From positions 9,982,001-10,046,000 of the forward strand of contig OZ004610.1 in the NCBI GenBank assembly GCA_963924565.1: DNA of 64,000 nucleotides, in the 5' to 3' direction. This DNA is from Ascidiella aspersa. Its lineage: Eukaryota. Below are positions 38,601-46,969 of the stretch, in pieces (within the stretch, counting starts at the first letter, position 1; each line of letters starts with the position of its first letter). A program made the translations under genes and the position numbers. The notes under the pieces were generated by a model. The model was not told where the DNA came from and searched no databases. It saw only the letters and a program-made list of their open reading frames with translations.

Positions 38601-41600
38601 TTATAACGCAAACAAGTTAAATAATCTAAAACAGCAATCGTTCGCATAACAAACAATTTGTGATTACAGGTTACCGACAATTTTGCAGGAATTTTTATTT
38701 TAGCTAAGATGTCGAAACATTAATGACGATCACGTATGTGAAAAATGAGTCTGATTCATATTTCGGAAAATACGTATAATACTATTAATTAAATATTTGG
38801 AAGACTTTTCATAAAGTATTAGAAGAAAAATAAATTATTTTCGAAACAGAAAACCTAACTTGTGTTTATTGAATCGTGATGAATTAAGGAATTTCGTGAT
38901 GAATTAAGGAATTCATTTTTTGGCACTGGTCTATAGCAGTGGTCGGCAACCGCCGGTCCGCGAGGAGTTTGTTACCGGTCCGTAGCAGGGTTACCAGACT
39001 AAAATTTTCTTTAAACACGAACTGTACGTAAAAACCTGGTAAAAACTCAAAAGCAATTGAGTGTATTTTTATATTTAAAACACATTCACTTTCGTTTTAA
39101 TATAATCCATGGTTGATTGATGTGATAAAAAATTATAATTAGTATCAAGCTCTTGTGAGGTTCAAAAAAACTATAGTGTGCTGTAGCAAAATGAGTTATA
39201 TAGCACGTTCACGACATCCAAAGATGCATATTTTTATTACAAAATCGAACTTCTAGTACTTACAATATATCGAAAAATGGGCTAAAATATCATGTTTTTT
39301 ATGTTTAAGTGTGCTCACCTTGAAGTGCAATGGAATATCATGCAAACAATGTTTATAACCTATGTCCCATAATGAAATAATTTATTATTTTGATATTTAA
39401 GCAGGGAAGGTTTCGAAAAAAAACAATAAATATTAATTAGTTTTATTAATGTGTCAAACAAAAGCAATCTGGCCATCTTGTACGTATGTCTATCCTATAC
39501 TTTTAAGGTTTCGGTCTGTGGCTCGTTCTTTTTATTATTGCCTTAATTTTTCTTTCGTTTTCATATTACGTAGACTAACTATTAAAAGTGTCATGTAGGG
39601 CCTGGTCTAAAATGGGATCTGAAATACATCATTATAGGTTATACAAAGTGTGACTTCTTTTGAAAGAATGCTTTAAATGTCCTTATTTTGACAAGCTGGT
39701 AGGAGTATAGGAATAGGTAATAATGGTATACAAGTGTAATTTAAGTAAAAAAAGGCCTAAACGTTTTATTGAAATGAGCCGCTGGCTGGGTTAAATTGTA
39801 TGGTGGGCCAGATATAGCCCAAGGGTTTTAATACAGTGTTTCAATAGTTCCTAGATAGGAGCATCTCTTTGCGGCAAAACAAGAAAAAGTTGTAATAAAT
39901 TTACTTTACTGAACATTATGTTGTTTTTTAAGGCCGGTCCGTGACAAAACTTCAGTTTTAAACCGGTCCGCAGTGCAAAAAACGTTGCCGACCCCTGGTC
40001 TATAGTAGACTAAGGCTACTACCAAATTTTAGTCCGGGCGTTTATCTTGCTAACAATATTTTCATGTTAGTGTTTGGGTGGGTCAATTATTATTATTATT
40101 ATAATGTATTATTATATTTACTCTCCTATATCTATTTATTTATTGCAATTTCAATTTGACAACTTGTTTCGTTACTGTAAAATAAAGTGGTAGGATTCTA
40201 TACCAGCGCCCATTTTTGTAATTTTAAAACAACCAACAACTATAATATACCTAATTTTTCAGCTTTTTACCGACTTGGAAAGTGTTGTTGGGTTTCTCAG
40301 CCAAGACGTTTTCGTTGCATGCATTAAAGAAGCGGGTCTGCAAAACCACATGTCTTACATGTTCCTTTCGGTTTTGCAAGTGTTTGAAAGCGCCATTGTA
40401 AATATGACAATGCCGGTAGTAGAGCAGTTTCCAGGTCAGTGCCATACAAAACAAAGCTACAAAATATTTTCAATTTAACCAATTAAATCTAAGTTTTATT
40501 GCATAAACAGCATAAGTTAAAGTCAGGGCTTCGGAGTTGGTTAAAAAAAACGAGCCCGACTACGGCCAAAAAATGAACCCGATGCCGACTCCTGAGTCAT
40601 GCTTCAGCTTTAAAGCCTGTATTGCACCCTTTACGTACAGCTCAATTTAGGTGGATATTTAGAAACTCATATAGGGTGTTATATAATACATTTACCCACA
40701 ATACATGGCTAGGTTTCTACAATATGCTATTTCACCTTACAATTTACAGTTGGCAGCCTTATGAGTTCAGAAATTTGGTAGTAAACATACACACGTCGGA
40801 CTCGGGACTAGTGTACATTCTTACTCCAGCCCCGAGTTTAACTTTCAGCAAAAAACGACTCCATCGAGACCCGATTTCCGACTCCGCACAACATTGGAAT
40901 TTTTTTGAGGCAATCACGCTGCCCACTTTTAATATTATGACTTCATTCTGAAAGATTGTAGGGTTTATAGGTACCGGTACCGAGGCCGAAATTAAGTGAC
41001 TGAGGCAAACTGGCAACATTCTAAATAACACAAACACAATACTAACGTAACAACGATGTAATAGTAAGCAACAAGTTAAATCAGTTGTATATTTCTTGTT
41101 TTTAAGAGTTCGAGTCGTTGGTCTACCCTCCTCCATTATCCCTCACGCTGCTCACACGCATAACACCACAAAGTAAGCAACTTTTGGCCAGAACCTATTT
41201 CATTTTCTGTTCTTTGTCTTCTTTTTCAGCTTTTTTTAAACCCAGGATATTGAACACTTTGTTGGCTCACAGGTGCTGCTCACTTCGGTGATTTCATAGA
41301 CTACGACGCCATTCATTATGCGATACAAGATTACAACTATTACAATCCCATCTCGCGTAAGTCTGTGTTGATAAACAATGTTATTTGTACAATCAACGTA
41401 CCGGTAACACATTTTTAACTTGTCCAGAGATTTACCAAAGCGACGTTGAAGTTGTCGATGATTTGATGGCGATTCTGGAAGATATGACGTTGTTCGGTGA
41501 TTATATATCATTATTAATAAAAAAGTATTTGGGCGACAATAGCTTCTCTTGTGACAAAGCGAGATTGTTAGATCGCCATATTTCGAGGCAGAGTTACCGA

Positions 41601-44600
41601 AAGAAAACGATCGACAAAAGAGTACACCTTTGTTTATTAGTGAACCTCTTGATCCCGTCGGGCTATTAGTTTCATAACCGTTGCAATTTATCTATTGGCA
41701 TGTTTAGATTGATGGCCGCTCTATATTTCAGTGCTGAAAGCGACAGAAAGCGCTACCGTCAATATATTCTCGTTGAAGGCAACCAACCAAGCCCCATAGA
41801 TCGGTGTAAACGGCTTCTTTAACACTAAATTGCAAAGTTGTAATAATTTAAAAAAGTAACTCATCCATAAGTTGGGTAAAAAAGTAACAGCCACATTGCA
41901 TAGAAATATGCTTACACTTTTTAAACCAAACTATATCCTTTAAGTTAAAGGGTTACTTACTTTTGAAGTAGAAATGCATTTTAGTCTCCGAACTGCCATT
42001 TAACTTTCGTTAAATGAATAGGAAGTAAGTATACGTAAGATGTTTTTTTTGCATCGCGTTCCTGTTGCAGTTGCATCTGTTTGCTAAACACGAAAGAATT
42101 TGAATTTAAATCACTGCACGTTTCATGCAGACATAATCAAAGGCGATCCATACAACGCCACCTCGCCGTTCAGCGAGATTGCACCCTACCTTCATTCTAA
42201 AACCTACTTTGTTTCTTTCTTCGCTTGCCATCCTCTTGCCACCGGCGAGAACCACTTTGGTGGTTACGAATGCGTTTGCCAGGAAGGATACCACGGCGAC
42301 GGACGAGGCAACGACGGTTGCACTGGTACAATTGCTAAAAAGCATTGTTTTTTATACTTTGTTGAGGTATTTTGATGTAAGGTTTTTTTCGTTTGCAAAT
42401 TACATCCGTATGGAAACCGAAAATTTGGCAAATTTCCTAAGTTGGTATTTTTATTATTCATCAATAGCAATTTGTGTAATCGCCGTAGTTTATAATGTCA
42501 ATTGTTATAAAGAACGACACTACCGGTGTAATATCAAAACTACGACAAAACTCCAAAAGTATCATTGCATACTTATCTTATACTTACCGTTTATAACCAT
42601 TTACCAGACGACGATGAGTGCTACGATTACCCTTGCGTCGCCGCCAATTCGGAGTGCGTTAACACTGAAGGAAGCTACACTTGCGTATGTAGTGCGGGCT
42701 ACTCCGGTGATGGTGAAACCTGCGTAGGTTCGTAACATTATTTCAATCTACAAACTATATAAAAGCGCAATACGTGAAAAGACTCCAATTCAACTTTGAC
42801 CAAAAGCCTAAAAATATTTGTTTTTAATTTGCAAAAAGTCGAAGATCGATTGTGATGGCGAATTAATGTTTTTCAGATGTGGATGAATGTTTAAATGCAG
42901 CCGACAACAAATGCGACGTCAATGCCACTTGCTCTAACACTGACGGGTGGTACTCATGCACGTGTCCCTTCGAAATGGAAGGGAACGGCTTCTATTGTTT
43001 CAGTACGAAATCGCAGCATACTTTTTTTACCTTTCACACACTTTAGTTGTTTTGTCCAAGTTGTCAAACTGTGGGCACTTTCGAGCAAACAACATTGTAA
43101 CACCAAAACACATAAACGCTTTGTTTAAAAAATAAGTTGTTTTTGGTTATTGTTTCAGTACGAATTCGCAGCATACTTTTTTTACCTTTCACACACTTTA
43201 GTTGTTTTGTCCAATTTGACAAACTGTGGGCACTTTCGAGCAACATTGTAACACCAAAACACATAAACGCTTTGTTTAAAAAATAAATTGTTTTTGGTTA
43301 AAATAAGTGTAGCAAGTAGCAACCTTGTTGCCTTTCAATGGTCAAAAGGTAATGCTGATTTTAATTCAAATTTAAATATACTTTTTTAGGGTGCACGCAA
43401 TACCTTTCTCAAACGAGTATTGATTGCAACCTGTTTTACAATAACTATACCAAATAAACACCCAGTTTACAGTTTATTTGTGAAATGTTCATGATGATGT
43501 GTATCTCACCAGTGGCGCCATACGGCTGTGCTGTTGAATTCGAAAGCTATGAAGGGGATACCTACAGCATTGACCCTTGTACCATTGACGATGCTTCCCT
43601 ATCTTGTCTACTGCAAACAAACTTCAGTTTCACACTGGAGCATGTTTTTAATGTCTATAGGTGAGTTTCACTCAGTTAGATACAAAATAAGTCCGCAAAG
43701 CGCTAGCGTGAAATTTTATGTATTTAGTAGGAGTCCGCTTTGCGCAGGACGCTATTTCTTTAGATCAGGGGTCGGGAACCTTTTTTGTACTGCGAACCGG
43801 TTTAAAACTAAAATTTTGTCGCGGATCGGCTTTAAAAAACAACAAATGTTCAGAAAAGGAAAATAATTACAACTTTCAATACGAACTTTGTGCTTGTTTT
43901 GCCGCAAAGAGATTCTCCCATCTAGGAATTATAGAACCGGTAACCAACTCCTCGCGGACCGGTCCGCGGACCGGCGTTTGCCAACCACTGCTTTAGATAA
44001 TATCATAAAACCACAAAAATGAATATTTGACTCGCCTAAAGGTGCCTGGATTTGTAAAGATTAACGAACTACAAAAAAAGTTGTTTTGAGATTTTAATGT
44101 TTATTTTATTTGTATTGTTTATCATTTTGTTAATGAACTACTTTAGCGATAGGTATAGTTTTGTAAAACGATTTTATCGAAGAAGTATGAAGTTAAATGT
44201 ATCGGATTGTGCTGCACATTAAAATGCGTAACTATTTCTGGAGATGTTCGCAATGTTTCAATTTTTATCGTGTTACAAGAAAATATAAGCGTTTTTTTAC
44301 AAACTTTATATTCTTCTTTGTAAATATAACGCCTTGTTCGTTCCTGCTGTATTCATTATAAAGTTCGTTGCTATTTCTCGTTGATAGGCATAGACGCAAT
44401 GCTGTTAACATTTCGAACGTGCAGGTATTTTTTCGAACCCCCGGTCGAGCTCCAGGACCCGTACTGCGATCCCTTTACAGTTACGTCGTCATTCCAATCA
44501 ACGGAACCCCAGTCGGATGAATTGGCGTTAGACCCTTTTGCCGAAGTCATAGACGCGCCGCCAATCGACGTCCAGGATATTTTGGCGGACGAACTTAATA

Positions 44601-45893
44601 ATCCGTCGACCACGCTCACTTTGGCTCAACTGCTGGCCTCGAAACGCAAAAGGAGAGATGTGTCGTTTGGAGGTGCGCTTATAGTGCATTTCATGTAGAT
44701 ACACACTTATAGCTGCGTATAACAGTACTCTTCAACCAGTGTGCACGGTGCGCCCTAGAAAGCACCAAAATATGCATGGGCTGCACCAGTACAAAACTGT
44801 ATACAAGGGTGCATCACTTTTACTGAACCATTAATATTTGGCATTCGCAATATTAGAAAAAGATGTAGGTTTCAACTGATGTATAAATGAACCTCTGTAT
44901 TTTTTTAAATGTTGATGCTGCAGTTTCGCTTGGTTTAATGAAAATGCTGATATTGATATGCAGAATGATTTTATTCATTGCTTTTTAGCTCAGTTTACCT
45001 TTCAAGTAAACAGGGTGCATGAGTGCGTCACAACAACTTTAAGGGTTTACCAAACCAAAAAAGGTTGAAGAGCACTGGCGTATAATATAAAAATTTAAAC
45101 GCTATTGCAATGTTGGCCTTAAAGTATAAAAAGTTTTAAAAGAGAAAAATCAGCGTTGGATTTCAACACATTTCTGAAATGCACAGATTAGTTCGGTATC
45201 GTATCGGTACCGTTATCCTAGAGTCGGGCAAATACATGGACATTGGCTATATCGGTTCCGATCGATATTATCTGACATCCCTACTTGACTTCTTTATTTG
45301 AAGCGCAATGTTCGTTTTGGTTCAGGACCAGAGCCACTTTGTATGACGAACGATTTCAGCGAATGGCGTTCTCACGGATTTCTGGACGACGAAGGAACAG
45401 AGCAAGTTGAACTTTTCCACGCCGATGGAAGAATGCAATGGTTTTCTGGCTCTACGTGCAGTGCGACTGAATGCCTGGGTTCTCGTATAAGGTACGCGTC
45501 GGCCATTTTATCCATCAAACAAGGAACAAGTTCGTGGCTATAAAATTTACAAAACATTGTTCTTTCGCTGCTTAGTCACTGGAATTTTTAGACAATTTAT
45601 AATTTCATAGTAAAAAGTGCATGTATCTTGCAGTGATACAACCAAATACCGGCATATGCAATTGCATTAAGCTTCACACAAATCACTATATAATCTATAA
45701 TGCATTATATGTCAAATACACTGTCTTTGAAGGAGCTGTTTAAAAAAAACCTTGTTGTTTGTCTTACAGCTGTGTGCAGCAGTACACTCCCCACAAGGCA
45801 ATCGCGATCCGCGAAGTGGACGGAAAACCAGATGTCTTCTTCACTGATGTTTACATCGAGGATGGATGCATGGCGGTTTTCAATTCGCCATGA
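23649..45893 (+). CDS. Secreted multi-EGF protein (~1095 aa): signal peptide, cbEGF x3, split EGF, cbEGF, split EGF enclosing TIL and unrecognised segments, cbEGF x2, acidic pro-segment, KRKRR furin site, neurotrophin/Spaetzle-like cystine-knot domain
   Basis: 25 GT-AG exons in consistent phase, total 3288 nt: 23649-23721, 23791-23892, 25451-25576, 25752-25880, 31191-31316, 31604-31701, 31887-32217, 32669-32797, 33599-33703, 34938-35101, 35757-35817, 36059-36164, 37657-37801, 38008-38053, 38195-38289, 40263-40434, 41273-41356, 41428-41496, 42131-42325, 42608-42727, 42877-43002, 43513-43660, 44425-44672, 45326-45491, 45770-45893. Signal peptide [19 protein letters not shown]; cbEGF consensus D-x-D/N-E-C in phase-1 exons; [33 protein letters not shown]. 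The non-EGF exons were chosen by phase and splice signals only. Confidence 0.8.
24161..25299. mobile_element. TIR element (TA-flanked) containing a GAGTCCG/GACTC-repeat insert (~24574-24792)
   Basis: TAGGGGAAGTGCGGAACCCATGGAACA / TGTTCCATGGGTCCCGCACTTCCCCTA. Confidence 0.8.
26153..26859. mobile_element. Degenerate hAT-type MITE
   Basis: CAGGAGTCGGCAACC / GGTTGCCGACCCCTG ends; no clear TSD. Confidence 0.6.
27055..27212 (-). repeat. 3' LTR
   Basis: 158 bp, identical by eye to 30961-31118; preceded on the minus strand by a polypurine tract. Confidence 0.97.
27191..30295 (-). CDS. pol: Pol polyprotein (protease-RT-RNase H-integrase), probably expressed by -1 frameshift from gag
   Basis: Protease [10 protein letters not shown]; [13 protein letters not shown]...YLDDILV; RNase [23 protein letters not shown]; integrase [26 protein letters not shown] and GPY/F motif; no internal stops. 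Confidence 0.97.
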   Translation of the reverse strand: MSATLFVSGKRHSRPLLNASAVGKRGNLFYVWDKISARNFLIDTGAEISVYPASSLQKRKQSSGPKLIAANGSNINTYGTRNICLDLASGKFCWRFTVAAVAKPLLGADFLRAHSLLVDLRHNCLLNAKSFASIPISNAKQSAPQLNTLVSGNNVYRKLLEKFPNITTPTLFSVAPKHQVEHFIPTTGPPVHARARRLSPEKLQIAKDEFRKMMELGIIRRSSSPWSSPLHMVPKSSGDWRPCGDYRRLNAATQPDRYAIPHIQDFSARLAGAKVFSKIDLVRGYHQVPVAKADIAKTAVITPFGLFEFLRMPFGLKNAAQAFQRLMDTVCQTLDFAFVYLDDILVASKSIKQHLVHLKQIFQRLADNGLVINLNKCSFGKSTIDFLGHRVDCNGARPLPDKVLTIRRFPKPTTLKALQEFAGMVNFYHRFIPAAARIMSPIYKALSTKSKTLVWTDELQSAFNKAKAALEHATTLVHPQHQAPTALTVDASETAVGAVLEQYIHNTWMPLAFFSRHLRPAETRFSAFDRELLALHLSVRHFRYFLEGRAFTAYTDHKPLTFAFKKVADPWSARQQRHLTAISEYTTDVRHVEGKQNVVADALSRVFLNSVQQDLIDIDYFQLAAAQQDPEVQAYRTAISKLKLEDICIGSSSVTILCDISTGSPRPIIPKTWRKKVFDAVHGLAHPSIRATQKLIASKFVWHGLNKEIQEWSRQCIKCQTAKVQRHVHSPLETYPIPTARFQHINVDIVGPLPTSKGNRYLLTIVDRFSRWPEAVPMPDATTETCARAFAFHWIARFGVPSEMSSDRGPQFTSQLWAKVTQLIGIKHRCTTAYHPQANGLVERFHRHLKSVLMARMQAANWIDELPWVLLGIRATPKEDLKASSAELVYGTTISLPGDFIPHATNLGEPTEFLQTLRNSIGNFLPTPMSKHRNVIIDVPRVLLSCAYVFVRKDGYRPPLNPPYEGPYKVFERHAKYFVVDIAGQRQTISVDRLKPAYVDPTQPVQLHVPRRRGRPRKNFNPLLGGSNVAPAAC
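30244..30909 (-). CDS. gag: Gag (221 aa) with CHCC-type zinc motif
   Basis: [19 protein letters not shown]-terminal motif and C-terminal [18 protein letters not shown], typical of CsRn1-clade Gag. Confidence 0.92.
   Translation of the reverse strand: MVENQDSSMQSAVSLKLPTFWVEQPRVWFQQSEAQFHLRKITCDETKYFHVISALDQHTASRLIDLLEDPPERNKYNAIKERLLSTFSLSEYERAAKLLHITELGDRKPSQLMDEMLSLMAGHVPCFLFRYLFLQTMPEDIRVVLVKESFEDPRFLAQRADMLWQARNDDQQFTIAKIKKKTKIQRNESVGLCFFHERFKDKARKCQQPCSFQGNDTAGRY
30948..30958 (-). promoter_or_regulatory. Primer-binding site, tRNA-Trp type
   Basis: TGGTGACCCCG 2 nt downstream of the 5' LTR, complementary to the tRNA-Trp 3' end (...CGGGGUCACCA). Confidence 0.85.
30961..31118 (-). repeat. 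5' LTR
   Basis: 158 bp, identical by eye to 27055-27212. Confidence 0.97.
38937..39997. mobile_element. hAT-type non-autonomous element inserted into a palindromic MITE
   Basis: TIR CAGTGGTCGGCAAC / GTTGCCGACCCCTG; perfect TSD GTCTATAG. Confidence 0.88.
41621..41815. repeat. Dispersed ~195-bp repeat, copy 1
   Basis: Clear similarity to 46483-46683 (CACCTTTGTTTATTAGT..AACCTCTTGATCCCGTCGGGC...ATAGATCGGTG.AAACGGCTT). Confidence 0.85.
42993..43298 (+). repeat. Tandem duplication, two ~155-bp copies, starting in an exon end and donor site
   Basis: TATTGTTTCAGTACGAA(A/T)TCGCAGCATAC...TTGTTTTTGGT occurs twice, nearly identical. Confidence 0.92.
43766..43990. mobile_element. hAT-type MITE
   Basis: CAGGGGTCGGGAAC / GTTTGCCAACCACTG; perfect TSD CTTTAGAT. 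Confidence 0.85.
44723..45077. mobile_element. hAT-type MITE
   Basis: CAGTACTCTTCAACC / GGTTGAAGAGCACTG; perfect TSD GCGTATAA. Confidence 0.88.
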
Positions 45894-46098
45894 TAGCATA
45901 TTTGTCTGGATACTATAACGTTTAGGTAGCGATTGTAACCATATTGTGTCGTGTAACCGCTTGCGGCAGTTAAACTGATAAAAGTAGATTATAGCCTAAC
46001 TTGTAAGTAACTTATCTGTCATATAATGTATAACGTACTTTTCTGTTAACCCCATAACCAACACACTGGGATTAATTGTACAACTGTTTTCTGTTCCT

Positions 46099-46104
46099 AA
46101 TAAA
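46099..46104 (+). terminator. Candidate polyadenylation signal of the multi-EGF gene
   Basis: AATAAA ~200 nt after TGA at 45893. Confidence 0.4.
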
Positions 46105-46482
46105 AGCTGTAACGTTATAACCAGTTTTCATGAAGTACAATGTAGAGGCAGAGTGTTTAATTTTTAGTGTTAGAATAAATTTTAACTGTTTTACCTGCCC
46201 CGACATAAAAGCTAGTAACTAAGTTGCAAAGTAATTAAAAGTAATAGAATTTAGTCAAAGTTTAGAGTTGATATGTTACTATGCATATAAGTAAATCGAT
46301 CTTCATACATACCCGACAGTCATAAGTAAGTCTATTTTGTATTGCAAAACTTTGCATTAAATGGACAATAAAATATAAATTGGGACAAAGTCAAATAGCG
46401 CAAACATTTACGAGTAGGCAACACCAAACACTAGAGTGGTTTGACCAAAACAAGCACTTCCCACCTTGGCTGATATCCAGCT

Positions 46483-46683
46483 AGTGCACCTTTGTTTATT
46501 AGTAAACCTCTTGATCCCGTCGGGCGATTTGTGTAACATCCGTTGACAATTTATCTATTGGCATGTTTAGATTGATAGCGCTCTATATTTCAGCGCTGGA
46601 AGCGGCAGAAAAGCGCGTCCGTCTATATATATATTGTCGTTAAAGGCAACCAAACCTGCCCTATAGATCGGTGGAAACGGCTT
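46483..46683. repeat. Dispersed ~200-bp repeat, copy 2
   Basis: Same orientation as 41621-41815; no TIRs recognised. Confidence 0.85.
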
Positions 46684-46969
46684 ATGTTTAATATCCACTT
46701 CCTTTACTCACCAACGGAATTATCTTGGGCTATTTATTGCCGTCCACTTGATGAACTGTTTGGGGGCTGACCTACCGTTAAAGAGAAATGGCAAAGTATT
46801 AGTTTACCGTAATCGAGTTTTTGGTTTTTGAAGTAACTTTCCATGTATTTCTCCCAAACCTTCTTTGTAAAGGTACCTAAACGTATTCTGCTTTATGTTG
46901 GAAAGTGCGACTTTTGGCGAAGTAATTTGAACAAATTAAGAAGAGGGTATAGATCTGGGCTAATCAGAA

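Noticed and set aside
42179-42727. 182-aa ORF
   Set aside because: Out-of-frame read through two EGF exons and the intervening intron
43473-43512. Upstream extension of exon 43513 ([13 protein letters not shown]), superficially Kazal-like
   Set aside because: Those acceptors are phase-incompatible with the preceding donor; the acceptor at 43512 fits
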